Source: Dimorphilus gyrociliatus
Taxonomy: Eukaryota > Animalia > Annelida
Assembly: GCA_904063045.1 (NCBI GenBank)
Contig: CAJFCJ010000036.1
Span: 124,001-188,000, forward strand
Direction: 5' to 3'
Length of the DNA stretch: 64,000 nucleotides
Notes under the pieces: generated by a model
Databases searched by the model: none
What the model was told of the DNA's origin: nothing
Seen by the model: the letters and a program-made list of their open reading frames with translations, nothing else
In this document: in pieces, positions 50,131 through 61,600 of the stretch
Numbering within the stretch: the stretch's first letter is position 1
How the letters are laid out: the number at the start of each line of letters is the position of its first letter
Position numbers and translations under genes: made by a program

Positions 50131-51799
50131 TATAAAGTGGACGACATGTATATATGGACACAGTAAATTTTGATAGGCCAATTTTTAATTAATGGTTAAA
50201 ATTGTTTGTCCTCTGCAAATTAGTATTTTTTGTCTAAATTTATATAGAAAAAGAGTTAAATTGACATAATATTGAAAAAAATTTAAGAAAATGATAATAT
50301 TTTGTGAAGATTATTAGCAAATATTTTTAATAATTTTCATAAGTTTTTTCTTTATTTGGCTGCGTGACATGTTTATTGGAACATTGAGTAGACATCCAGT
50401 TTGACATTCAAATAAACATCTCAAACAAAAAATTTTTCAACTTTTTTCCTGTTTTAAGTTAAGTTAATTAGTTATTGAATATTCAAAATTACTGTACATA
50501 ATTTATATTGTATTTTTTTAATTATGGTTTGGAGTCAAGATATAAGGGATTTGGTAATCAAGAAATATAGTGAAATAGGCAAATTAAGGGCAACAGCAAG
50601 AGTTTTAGGAATGGCACCATCATCAATTAGTAACATACTAAAGTATAAGAAGCCAGAACAAGACAATAGGGGAGGTCTAAAGAAGCTTTCTGACAGAGAG
50701 ATAGTGAGGATGAAAAGAATTTTAAAGAAACTGAAAGATAACAAGCAAAGAGTGACAGCAGCAAAGATATTAAAAGAATTAGAAGTAGATGTAAGCATAA
50801 GAACAATACAGAGGGAGCTGAAAAGACAAAATTTCAAATATAAAAGAGTCAGACAAAGAACTGATCTCACCTCCAAAGACTGTAAATGCAGAAAAGCATA
50901 CTGCCTCAAAGTTATTAGTGAAAATCTAGACTGGTCTAGGGTTATTTTTACTGATAAGGCTAGGTTTTCGCTAAGTGGACCTGACAATTTTAGGACTTGG
51001 ACCAGTAATAGTGAAAAGGACTTCAGGGTCACAAAAAATATGGGGAGAGGTGGAGTATTGGTGTGGGGGTTGATAACCTCTGACGGCATATTTGAAGTCT
51101 GAAGGATAAGGAGCAAGCTGAATGCTGAAAACTATAGCTCCTTCATTGCGGAAGATGTTCTGCCTGTCATAGAAGAAATTGAGGCAAAAATGGGCAGGCA
51201 GTACATCTTCCAGCAAGACAATGCTGGCTGTCACACTGCAAGAAAAACAAAAAGGGCCTTTAAAAGCCATAATATCAAGCCCATTGATTGGCCAGCAAGG
51301 AGCTCTGATCTAAGTCCAATAGAGAACATATGGCATCTGACCAAGACAATGGTCTATGATGGTCCACAGTTTGAGACAGAGGATGAACTGTGGGAAAAGA
51401 TTAAGAAATGCTCCTATGAGGTTATCAACAGAAATCCACTCTTGTTGCCAGGCTTATATGGGGGAATGGGCTGTAGAAAAAGCAAATGTATAGAAAGAGA
51501 GGGTGGGCACATACAAAAGTAGACCAAAAATTTAACTATTGAACATTGTTCCAATAAACATGTCGCATGGCCAAATAAGAAAAAAAAATCAGAAAACTAT
51601 GGTAATTTCTATAAAAAAAAATATGTAAAAACGTAACTAACTGCTGTTTTAAAGAAATTTATATAAAATTGCAAGTTTAACCTATTATTAAACACTAAAA
51701 AAAATAAAAAAAATAATCTTTTTTCATCACAAAAAAGATTTTTAATATTTGGCCTATAAAAATTTGAGGTGTTCCAACACACCTGTTGTCCACTTTATA
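50131..51799 (+). mobile_element. Tc1-family (DD34E) DNA transposon, ~1.67 kb, with bipartite imperfect terminal inverted repeats
   Basis: Ends TATAAAGTGGACGACA (50131) / TGTTGTCCACTTTATA (51799) with TA at both ends; inner inverted repeat TTATTTGGC..GACATGTTTATTGGAAC (~50352-50381) vs GTTCCAATAAACATGTC..GCCAAATAA (~51548-51578). Confidence 0.9.
50524..51522 (+). pseudogene. Tc1 transposase with a single in-frame TGA (51100-51102)
   Basis: Paired-like HTH N-terminus; VIFTD, GGVLVWG, FQQDNA..H and WPARSSDLSPIENIW. Counted 34 residues between the second D and E. The two ORFs are in the same frame, giving 332 codons plus the stop. Confidence 0.9.
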
Positions 51800-52114
51800 T
51801 TTTCATTTTGGTAATTTTGTCTGTAATAGATGTATATGTTTGAAATTTTCATATTTCCAACCAAATTATTGGACACATATCAAAATATATAAATATATTT
51901 GGCTTTTTTGTAAGATGGAAATTCAATTATATCAGTTACAAAGAACTCTTTATAAGAATCCCACAAATCTTGGGAAAAAGTTGTTCTTTTCCCACCTGCA
52001 AGTAGCAACTTTGATGTAAGTAATATTTGTATCTTTTAAAAATACAAGTAAAAATGATGAATTAACTTGAAAAGAAAAGTTGGAAGAAAGAGAAAATGAA
52101 TGTTTTTAAAAAAC

Positions 52115-55100
52115 CTTGTTTCTCTGGTAAATCTAAAATCACTCTTTTAATTTCAAGAACATTTTTCAAATCAATTCCTATATAATTTATTGTTTTGCAG
52201 ATTCCGCCAGTCTCAATATAGGTGGAAAAGAATCCATCACTCAGTATAGAGATAGAGCTTGGCCTTAATTCACTTCCATAAAAAACTTCAGTATTTTCTA
52301 AAGCAAACAGTTGATTGTCTAGAAAATTTTGAAGTTTTAATTGAAAATTAAAGACAAGAATTTGAAGTTTCTACCAGTTTCTTTTAATAAATTTCCTCTT
52401 ATTTTAATATCTGTTATAGTCATGTAACTATCTTGAGTTTTCTGGAATCTGACAAACTGTCCCAGACAGTTGCATGCTTTACAAATATAACTGCTGTCCT
52501 CATGAAGAGTATACTGACTAACTTGACCAGTAAAATTAAGATATAGAGATTTATTGTCCAAGGGAGTCATTGAATTGCTAACAAAAACTTGAAAATTTCT
52601 CAAATGATCTGTATTTTATTTAGTCGTTTCAAAGATTTATAGATTTTTCTTTTCTATATCAAAGACTTACTAGAAATTCTGAAATTTCATAGTTACTCTG
52701 TAGGTCAATTAGTAAATATCCATTTACTATATTCTACTAGTAACAAAACACTGACATTGTTCAATAATGATAAAATTTAAAAGTATTAAAAAATAGAATT
52801 TTTCCAAAACAATCATTATTTTCTCAAAAAATGATTATTCCCTCTTCACTGGAACACTGTTTCTCAATAAATAACGTTCAACTACTGATTTTTATGAAGA
52901 TATTTGTCAACTTGTTATCGAATAGTTTAAATAAAGTAGTAGCAACTATTATAAGTGTTATAGTAAAAAAGAATGAGCTAATTGCCATTTATGAATATTA
53001 TTAGCCCTTGTTTTTGCCAAACCTTTTTGAATACCCCTAACCCTCCTGAGAACATATCAACAGTTATCTTATTCCTCCTAACCATTTCCCAGGCTGAAAT
53101 CTAACTTTCAAATATTTCATTTATGGCCGTTTTCGACTGCGAAAACTAATAAAGGGAAACATAAATTGTGAGAGTTTTGCTTTGCAAAGCTTTTTGTTGT
53201 TTGACAAAAATCTCATCAATAAGTTTTCTTTGTCAATTAATATTAGAAGTTGATTCTAAGAAAAGTAGCGGTACTCGCTTTTGAATTATTAGATCTTGCT
53301 AATTGGCTCATAAAATATCGACAATTTCCTATTCAATTCGCTACTTAGCTGCAATCATTAAATTACTTTACAGTAATTCATTAGAGGTTAGAAACTAGAG
53401 ACAAGTCGAATATATTTGAGATAAAAAAAAGATTTGTCACAATTTAAATGCCAAATGCCAACAGTTTTATGATTTTATACTAACTCTAATCGAGCTCTAG
53501 AACCCGCGATAAGTTTTTCTTTGTTTCTTAGCTTGGGCCAAGCTAATTACAAAAAAGTTTGTTTTTTGTTCTGAATCAGTGAAAACGTCATGATCTCTAT
53601 CTACAGGAAATATTGTAAATTATGCATATAGTTAGAACAAACTGAATTGCAAAATATTTACTTAACAACCATAGAGTATTTGAATGAGCCTATGACTTAA
53701 AGCTTACAGAACATTTCTAAACGGGTAGTATGACTATGAAAGAGTATATCACTATCAAATGAATAATATGATTTATGTAATATGTTTTTTATATTTAAAT
53801 ATTTTGAATGTGTAATGAAAAGATGTTCATCTTTCAGTATAAAAAATAAAAAGAAGAATGAAACTCTTTACCAACCTTTTAATGTTATTTGAATAAAATT
53901 TAGGATATTAGGAACATCATTTTTTATTGATAGCTTTGTTATTTCTAAAGAAATCGATGTTTGTAAACTTCCTAGTAAATTGCTGCCATAAACTTTTCCA
54001 GAGCCAAATTTTATTTTATTATTATTGAATTCAATCCAATATTCATTCCAAGAACTGCAACTTATTAGCGAAACTTCTTCGCTAAATTCAACTTCATCTA
54101 AAGTTGGATGAATGACAGTGATCATTGATATTCCACTATCATTACCTCCATCATCAAGAGTTAATATAAATTTTTTAGTAGTGTTACTCATAAAATTAAT
54201 AATTAGTGATGAACAGTCGTAAGATGAACCAGAATCAAAACCCTTGACCTTGAAATTCATTGCTTCTATTTTACCTTGAAGATATTCTGGTAAATGATAA
54301 TCTACATCATTAACACTTTGAATACTGTAGATATTTTCATCAGTTTCTGAAAAGGTTTCAAAGTTGAAAAATGAAGGTAAAGAAAAAGAAATTTATATTT
54401 ATTTTTACGTTTTGCAAAAACTTTAAAATAATTCAATCCATTTGAATTGTGATAATAAACATCTGTGATAACAACTTTGATACTAGATTCAATAGTTTGA
54501 GCATGATCATAGTTGAAATATTGATAGGCACTAGTTTGTGGTAAATTATTCTTCGTATCTATAAAACCTGAACTCCATTCTAAACGCATTCCTTTTATAT
54601 AAGCGTTAGTTGTTGAATAACTGTAGATTGAGTGAAAAATTATTGTAGGATATTTTATCAGAAAGCTGGCGGAGATTTTGTCCAACAATTCATTAAGACG
54701 ATATCTCTTAGGACAAAATCTCCAGATATATAATCTATTCACATATTAGCATAAGCATATATAACTGGCTGTGCAGGATATCCAAAAACTATATTAATAT
54801 ATTGTTCTAAACAATTTTGGGGTAAACCGCAATATGGTGTCCAATGTAGTGCAAAATATCTATCTAAGGCATTAGTACATGGTTTTGCAGCTTGTGAACT
54901 GGACGACGAACACGTAGCTCCAACATTTAAATCTGCTATATTAATATATTTCTCTTCTTCAATATCACTAGGATCTAAAAATTACATTTTAGTAGAACTA
55001 TAAGTATTAATTTAATGAAGATAATAAATAGAAAACGCCATATTACCATCACTGTACGCCATTATAAATACTGAATTGAAACCAGAATCTACTGAGGTAC

Positions 55101-55560
55101 TATCGCAGTTTATTGCCGTAAATTTCATACTAGAAATATCATTTCCAAGTCCTTCTTCGAGTAATAAACAAGTTGTTATTGATTTTAATTTGTATTCTTT
55201 TTCATTTATATTATTTCCATATTTTATCTTAACTTCTTTCAAAGGTCTATCAGGTTCTATAATTCTTTGGATAATACAGACTTCAACTACATCGTATGAG
55301 CTTTTAAAATGTACTGTCATTGATTTACCATTACAAGCAGTTGTACTGCAAGATGAAGCCCAATCGTCGTTTTTAAACCAGAGTGGTGTTAAAGCATTTT
55401 CACATTCAAAATTCAATATATAATGAGAATGGCGTTCGGAAGTTGCTGTACAAGAAGCTCCATTAACAGCCGACGCAACATTTACATATTTCTTGTTTGT
55501 TTGAATGGAAAAGTGAAATATTCCAAAAAATAACATCAAAACTATATAAAATGGTTTCAT
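52115..55560 (-). CDS. Secreted protein F2: signal peptide, 2 discoidin/F5-8C-like repeats, FAMeT (Methyltransf_FA)-like domain, further F-type-lectin-like domains (3' end uncertain)
   Basis: Signal MKPFYIVLMLFFGIFHFS; NVASAVNGASCTATS..CENAL..DWASSC; SCSSWNEYWIEFNNNKIKFGSG; SILSDGFFSTYIET..YIGIDLKNVLEIKRVIL. Confidence 0.65.
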
Positions 55561-56346
55561 TTTGTAGTTAAGGTCTAGTTAAAGGATAGAATAAGAATAA
55601 TCTTAATAAAGAATTATTTTATTTATTCCACGAATAATATTAATTATTAATTATTACTTAAACATCTACTCTAAAAGAGAAGAAGTTCTTGAATATATAT
55701 TTAATAATTCACTATGGTGACAATACAAAAAGTCTTTCCAAGATATTATACTCTTCCATTGATCTCTCTTTGTAATTTTCAGTAAATTCTTCTAATGTAT
55801 TCAATCAATAGAATTGGTAAATAAATATCCTAAAGAAGAACAAGAATATCCATTGTCTATCCATTGATTTAATGTTCTAAAACAGCAAAAACTATAATTT
55901 TTCTAATTGATATCTACGCATGATAAATTGATAAATTTAGAGGAAAAAAAATAAAGAACCTTTTTAAGCCAATATTCTTATTGACAAATAGAATTCAGTT
56001 GTTCACTTTTTTATATTTATTTATACAATTGACGTTTAAAGAAAATTCATTTTCTATAGGCCTATAGAAAAAAATGGCCACTTGAACAGACAGTTTTCTA
56101 AGCTAGATATCAGGAAGTTTACAAATTCTTTTAGAGAAGAGAAGAAAAATTTTTTATTTGATTCTTTTTTAAATGATTTCATTTAGATCTTTCAAAAATT
56201 GAAATAGTTTGTAATGTGTATTGTGTCAGTGTATTGATGATTCTTTGTTGTAAAATACTCTAAAATTTTTAAGTACAAAATCAGATTACACAGAAGATAT
56301 ACTGTTTGTAGATATGTTTATAATGACTAAGCCAGAACTTTTAGCA

Positions 56347-58499
56347 TTAATGACTTATATGACAAACTTTTACTTTATTAAAAAGTACATCTTCCAAGAC
56401 TATCTTATAGTAAAATTTTCTTATTGTCTCCGTAATTCCACTGCACGAAAATCTATATCTTTGATAAGAGTTATCACTCGTAAACGATTCTTTGAGTATA
56501 CAAGGACCATTGGGCTCTGCTTCTTTCAGATTCTCATAAAATAAGTTAACCATTAATTGATTTTTGTCATCTTTATCAAAATATAAAGTAATTTCTGGAT
56601 TGATATCTTCTGAATTGAAAGTTAAATTTCCCAACCTCCAACTTTCAATAACAGTTGATTTCTTTGATAAAACAAAACAGGTGGAATATAACTTATCATA
56701 AAGATATTCAGTGTAGTATTCTTCAGTGCATAGTCCGTTTTCTGTTACTCTCACAACTTTTCCCTCTGAATAGGAATAGAAAATTTGAATATTATTCAAA
56801 TAGAAATTATTATTTACCTAAATCGTTGACACGCAATAAATGATGATAGGATGTTTGAAAATTCCTAATTAAGAATTTATCAGTTGGCCCATGTGATACA
56901 ATTGGAGCAATAATTCTAGTATTTCTATTGTATATTAATCCTTTGCCAAGTTTAACTGTACCATCAAGAGTAGTTATCCAAAAATCATTCCATTGTCCAC
57001 AAGTAACATACTCTTGCAGTTTATCTTTAAAATAGACAGATGGTGATAGTTTTTCCAAATAACTTTCAACAGTATTGGATAGAACCATCTTAAATGATTT
57101 TTTGTTATTACGATAGAAGTTAAAAACAATTCCTCCACAAACATTTGAAGCAGTTTGACTGCCATATACACTGAATGTCATTGCTTGGAAATTGTTTTGA
57201 ATGTAAGGTGGAATTGTATATTGCATATGATCTTTTGTATGAATATCATAGTGTCTATCTTCTATATCTTTTAGAAATAAAAAATGTTGGCTAAAAAAAG
57301 AACAGTATTGAAAATAAACAAATATACAAAACCTTTAACAAACACCTGAACTAGGGACAAACCAATATTTCGAGTTGTAGATATCTCAACTACTTCAAGA
57401 TATACTTTAGTTTCAATAAAATTTTTAGAATACTTGAAACATTTTTGAAATATGTTTAAATTCAATTCAACTATTTCCATTAAACCTGAACTCCATTTAA
57501 CTTTCAATTTTGAAATAAATTGTAATCTAAAATGAACAATCATTGAAAAAATGAGTAATTTATTATGATTAAATAAATTCTGTTTAATTAACCTATTTGC
57601 TAGGCAAAAAATACTGGGAACACCATATACGCTGAATGAAACTTCCATGTGTTTTCCAATACAAGCCTGACCTGTGCATTTCGCAGCCCATTCATTTAAA
57701 CTTTGAAAAGCTCCATTTATAAAATCTAATGCGTATTGGCATTCATAAGAAGAGGAGTATACTGAGTTAGCCGTACAAGTTGCTCCTGTTCTTACATTAG
57801 CTATGTCTGTATAGTAATTACTATTTTCTACTTTTTCTCTTATACCTGAAAGTATGATTATTATAAAAGTGATGAGTTTTAATTGTTTTTGTTATGCTTT
57901 TCACAATACACAAAGTACAAACCATCTTCGTAAGCAAAAATCATAATTGAAGAAAATCCAACATCAGCGGTTACTTTTGTTTGGACAGGTATAAAAGTCA
58001 TACTTTTAACATTTTCTCCAAAAGTATATCTTGCTAAAAAGCATTCTACGTCTTTGTTTGTCGCATCAAGATTAAATTTATATTGATTTTTAGCATTAGA
58101 AGCAGTATTATAAATTACAGTCACTTCTTTAGCTTTATGGCTAATTGCCATAAAAGCATGCGATATGCAATATTCAACAATATCATAGACCTTCTGAAAT
58201 ACTATATTAACTTTATGATTGTTACAACGCCCATTACACTCAGTTAGATATGATTGCATGTTGATCCAATTAGGAGAAAGCATGCTTTTACAGTTGAAAT
58301 TATAATTCCTAATAATTACTTTTGTGGAGTCGGCAGAACAAGTTGAATTCCACGAAATATCAGCAACATTTATTAAAACTTTGCCTTTCAAAAAGGGAAA
58401 ATCAAAAATACAAAAAAAAGTTTCAAAAAGGAAATACTTACTTTCAACTTTTACTTGTAAAATTACAAGAAAACAAATAATATTCCTGTTTGCAATCAT
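56347..58499 (-). CDS. Secreted protein F1, tandem paralog of F2: signal peptide, 2 discoidin-like repeats, FAMeT-like domain (last exon uncertain)
   Basis: Signal MIANRNIICFLVILQ; NVADISWNSTCSADS and DIANVRTGATCTANSVYSSSYECQYAL..EWAAKC; TCGQWNDFWITTLDGTVKLGKG. Confidence 0.65.
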
Positions 58500-58699
58500 C
58501 CCTCTCTGTTTATTGAGTTATGTTTCTTTTACCTTCTATTCAACAAATATACATACTCTACTTATACTTAATAAAAGCAAATTCCAAATCTTTTAAAGTT
58601 TAAAATTTTAATATTTAATAAAAATTCTCTAAAACAACTGATATATAACTAATTAAGAAATTTTAATAGATTATTTATGGAATTTTAGAAATAAGTCTT

Positions 58700-61600
58700 T
58701 CTTTGTCTCTCTCTCTCTCTCTCTCTTCACTACGGCTTTCAATTAATACACAAGCAGATATGAATGGTTTATTTTGCATGTTGACTCAACAGATAAATTA
58801 TTGAATGATTTTTCCACAACATGCATTATAAACATCATCACGGAGAAAGGTTTTATAAATAATACTGGCGTTTTGTGATTGAATATAATAGAATTTACAA
58901 TTACAATCTGATCTCCATAGGACTATATCAGAGTTATAAATAAGCGTTAATACTGCAAAATGGATTGTCAATCGGCCGGTTAGGGTTAAGAAGAAAAATC
59001 TTTGACGTTTCTATGGATTTGACCAAGTTAGATGTCTCTTCCATTTCATTCCGGAATTTTTTCTACTATAGTTGTCTGATTTTGAATTTATCCATTTATT
59101 TCAATAACCAACTGCAAACACTACATTAAAATTCAAACTTGAAACACTCAAAACATTACAAATAAACATAAATACAAAATACAAAATTGAATATTCAAAA
59201 AGTTGTAAAAATTTGAAATATAAATTCAATGTTGTAGATTTTTGAGGATTGATAAGAGCGTCGAGTAAAGTTGAATTTGATAAGAGAGCTTCAACTTTTA
59301 GAAATTTTTTAAAGAAATATTTTTGAATTGCTGAAGATATAAAAACTGTATCAGAATTTTTACTAAAATCAGTCAAAGCTTGTAGGTTATATCTAAATAT
59401 TCCACTTTGAAACAATTTATCAGAAGGATTGTTGTATCTCTTCGTTACGTAATTCAGGTATTTATATATTATATCCGTATACGTATTATTATAATTTTCG
59501 AATTGACAACCGGAAGTTGTTGCCACTTCCGAAGAAGAATGACAACTTTTTAAACTTTTTATAGAATTTAAACAATTTGTAGAATTTACACGTTGGATCC
59601 TCTGCAAAATGATCTCCGTCGTCTATAAGAATCAGCAATTTTTTGCTGTGATTCGTTAAAAATTCCTTCAAATGTATCTTCATTTCCTGGTTCTCATGGT
59701 CACTATTACAGAGGAGATCATTGAGTAGCGTCTATATCAAAGATAGTGATGATGATGGTATTAATGGTTCGTCATGTGACAGTCTTAATAGTAGATAATT
59801 TTGTAAAATTTTCTTATTTACCCATAAATAGAGTAGTCTATTAAGAAGTTGGGTTTTACCAATTTGAGCTGATCCAACAATACAATTATCTAAGGTATAT
59901 TTAAAGTTGGATGTTAAATATTCAACGTCTTTTTGCCGTTTATCGTAAGGTTTCATTTGAAATAAATTCATTTGCATATATAATTTATCAAAAAACTTTT
60001 TACAATCAACATTCCTTACAATATCTTCACAGTTTGCTATGTTTGGTAGATATTTTAAAGAATTTAAATATTTCAAATGTCTTTTTCGTACCAGTTCTAC
60101 CAGTTTTCTACAAGTTCTATTTTTATTTAAATTAGGATCCATATTAAATTCGGGTTTTTCCGTTTTAACTGAAGAAAACATATTGGTGTTTGCCTTGTGA
60201 ATCCAAGGTAAAAATTTCAAGTCGTAGAAATTCTTTGTTGAAACTTTTTCAACAATCTTATTTTCAATCATAAATTTAATCTCTTTTTCAACTTCTAAAG
60301 TTAATGTTTTTAAATGTTTACATTCCATTAGAAAGCTTGCAATAGCGTCTATTTGTAATTGAGAAATCGAACCTGACAAATGAAATATCGTTAGATTTTC
60401 CGAACAGCTTTTCAAGTGTTCAAAAATCATTGATAATAGTTTTTGATCTTCCTCAATTAATTCTTCGTTTTCGTTCTCCATCAAGTGAAAAGTTAGACTA
60501 ATATCTTCGAGAAAGTGGCAATTTGCCAAAAGTTCGCTTAATTTTGACAATTCCTCTATAGTGATAATAGGGCAATTATACAAATTGAGAATTTTCAAAT
60601 TATGCGAAGATGTTTCTAAAGATTGAAAAATTTTTCCCAAACTATTACCAATATTTTTGTTATTACCAATGTCAATTTCCCTTAAATTTGGGCATTTTTC
60701 CAAAACATCAGCCAAACTATTACCATATCTTTCGTCTATATTGCAGGAGTTAAACTTCAATGATTGAATTGTCGAAGAAGACAATATCAGTTTCTGCAAA
60801 AAATCACTGTCATTTTCGTCATAAAGTCTTGTAAAACTGGTGAATAAGTTAGCATTATGACTGAATTTGTTCAAATCTGAACAATTCTCAAAATGAATTG
60901 TATAGAAAGTATTCATAAAATTTAAATCATTCAAGCAAAATTTCTCCATAAGAAATATTTGAAATTTTTTATATTGCGTAACGTTATCAGCTATAAAATA
61001 ATTTCTCATAGAACATTTTGAAATATTCAAATATTGTAGTTTGTATTGATTTGGTTGAATATCTTCGAAGAAGATATGTAAATTGTTACCAACATTTCCG
61101 TTTCCGCTAAGAATTATAGATTGAGGGTTTGTTAAACTTTTAAAAAGTTGCCAAAAACCTTTTACGCAATCGATTGAAAGATTACAACCCGAAAAATCCA
61201 AAGTACTTATTGTATTCGAATATAACGATTGTAAAGATTGAAATATTTCCATCATTCTTTCTTCCTTAATTGAATTATTATTGTTCAAAGTGAAAACGCA
61301 TAAACTTTGGCATTTTTCCAATAATTTTTTCAATCTATTACTACCATCAACTTTTAATTTACAATCGTTAATTCGTAAAATTTTTAAAGTTTTAGCAGAC
61401 GACAAAAGTGATTTGAATAGATATTGGGAAGTTACCTTCATGATTTGATTTCCACTTAGATTGACATTTTCCAAATAACAACATGCTTGAAAAAGTTTAG
61501 TTAAGTTTTGTAAACTGGTAGAATTCAAATAGCAATGGCTGAATGAGATTGCTTTAAGAGTTTTTGAACAATGCATTAGACTATTAACAATTTTTTTAAA

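Noticed and set aside
50535-51270. Minus-strand ORFs of 193 and 99 aa
   Set aside because: Antisense shadows of the Tc1 transposase.
52115-55560. Possibility that F2 splices across the Tc1 into the LamG gene as one giant gene
   Set aside because: The LamG gene has its own in-phase signal-peptide exon (ATG 49233).
59101-59200. Hydrophobic C-terminus of ORF 59101-59607 as a membrane anchor on the NACHT protein
   Set aside because: T-rich sequence with GT donor candidates; more likely intron read-through, as a winged-helix-like frame lies further downstream.
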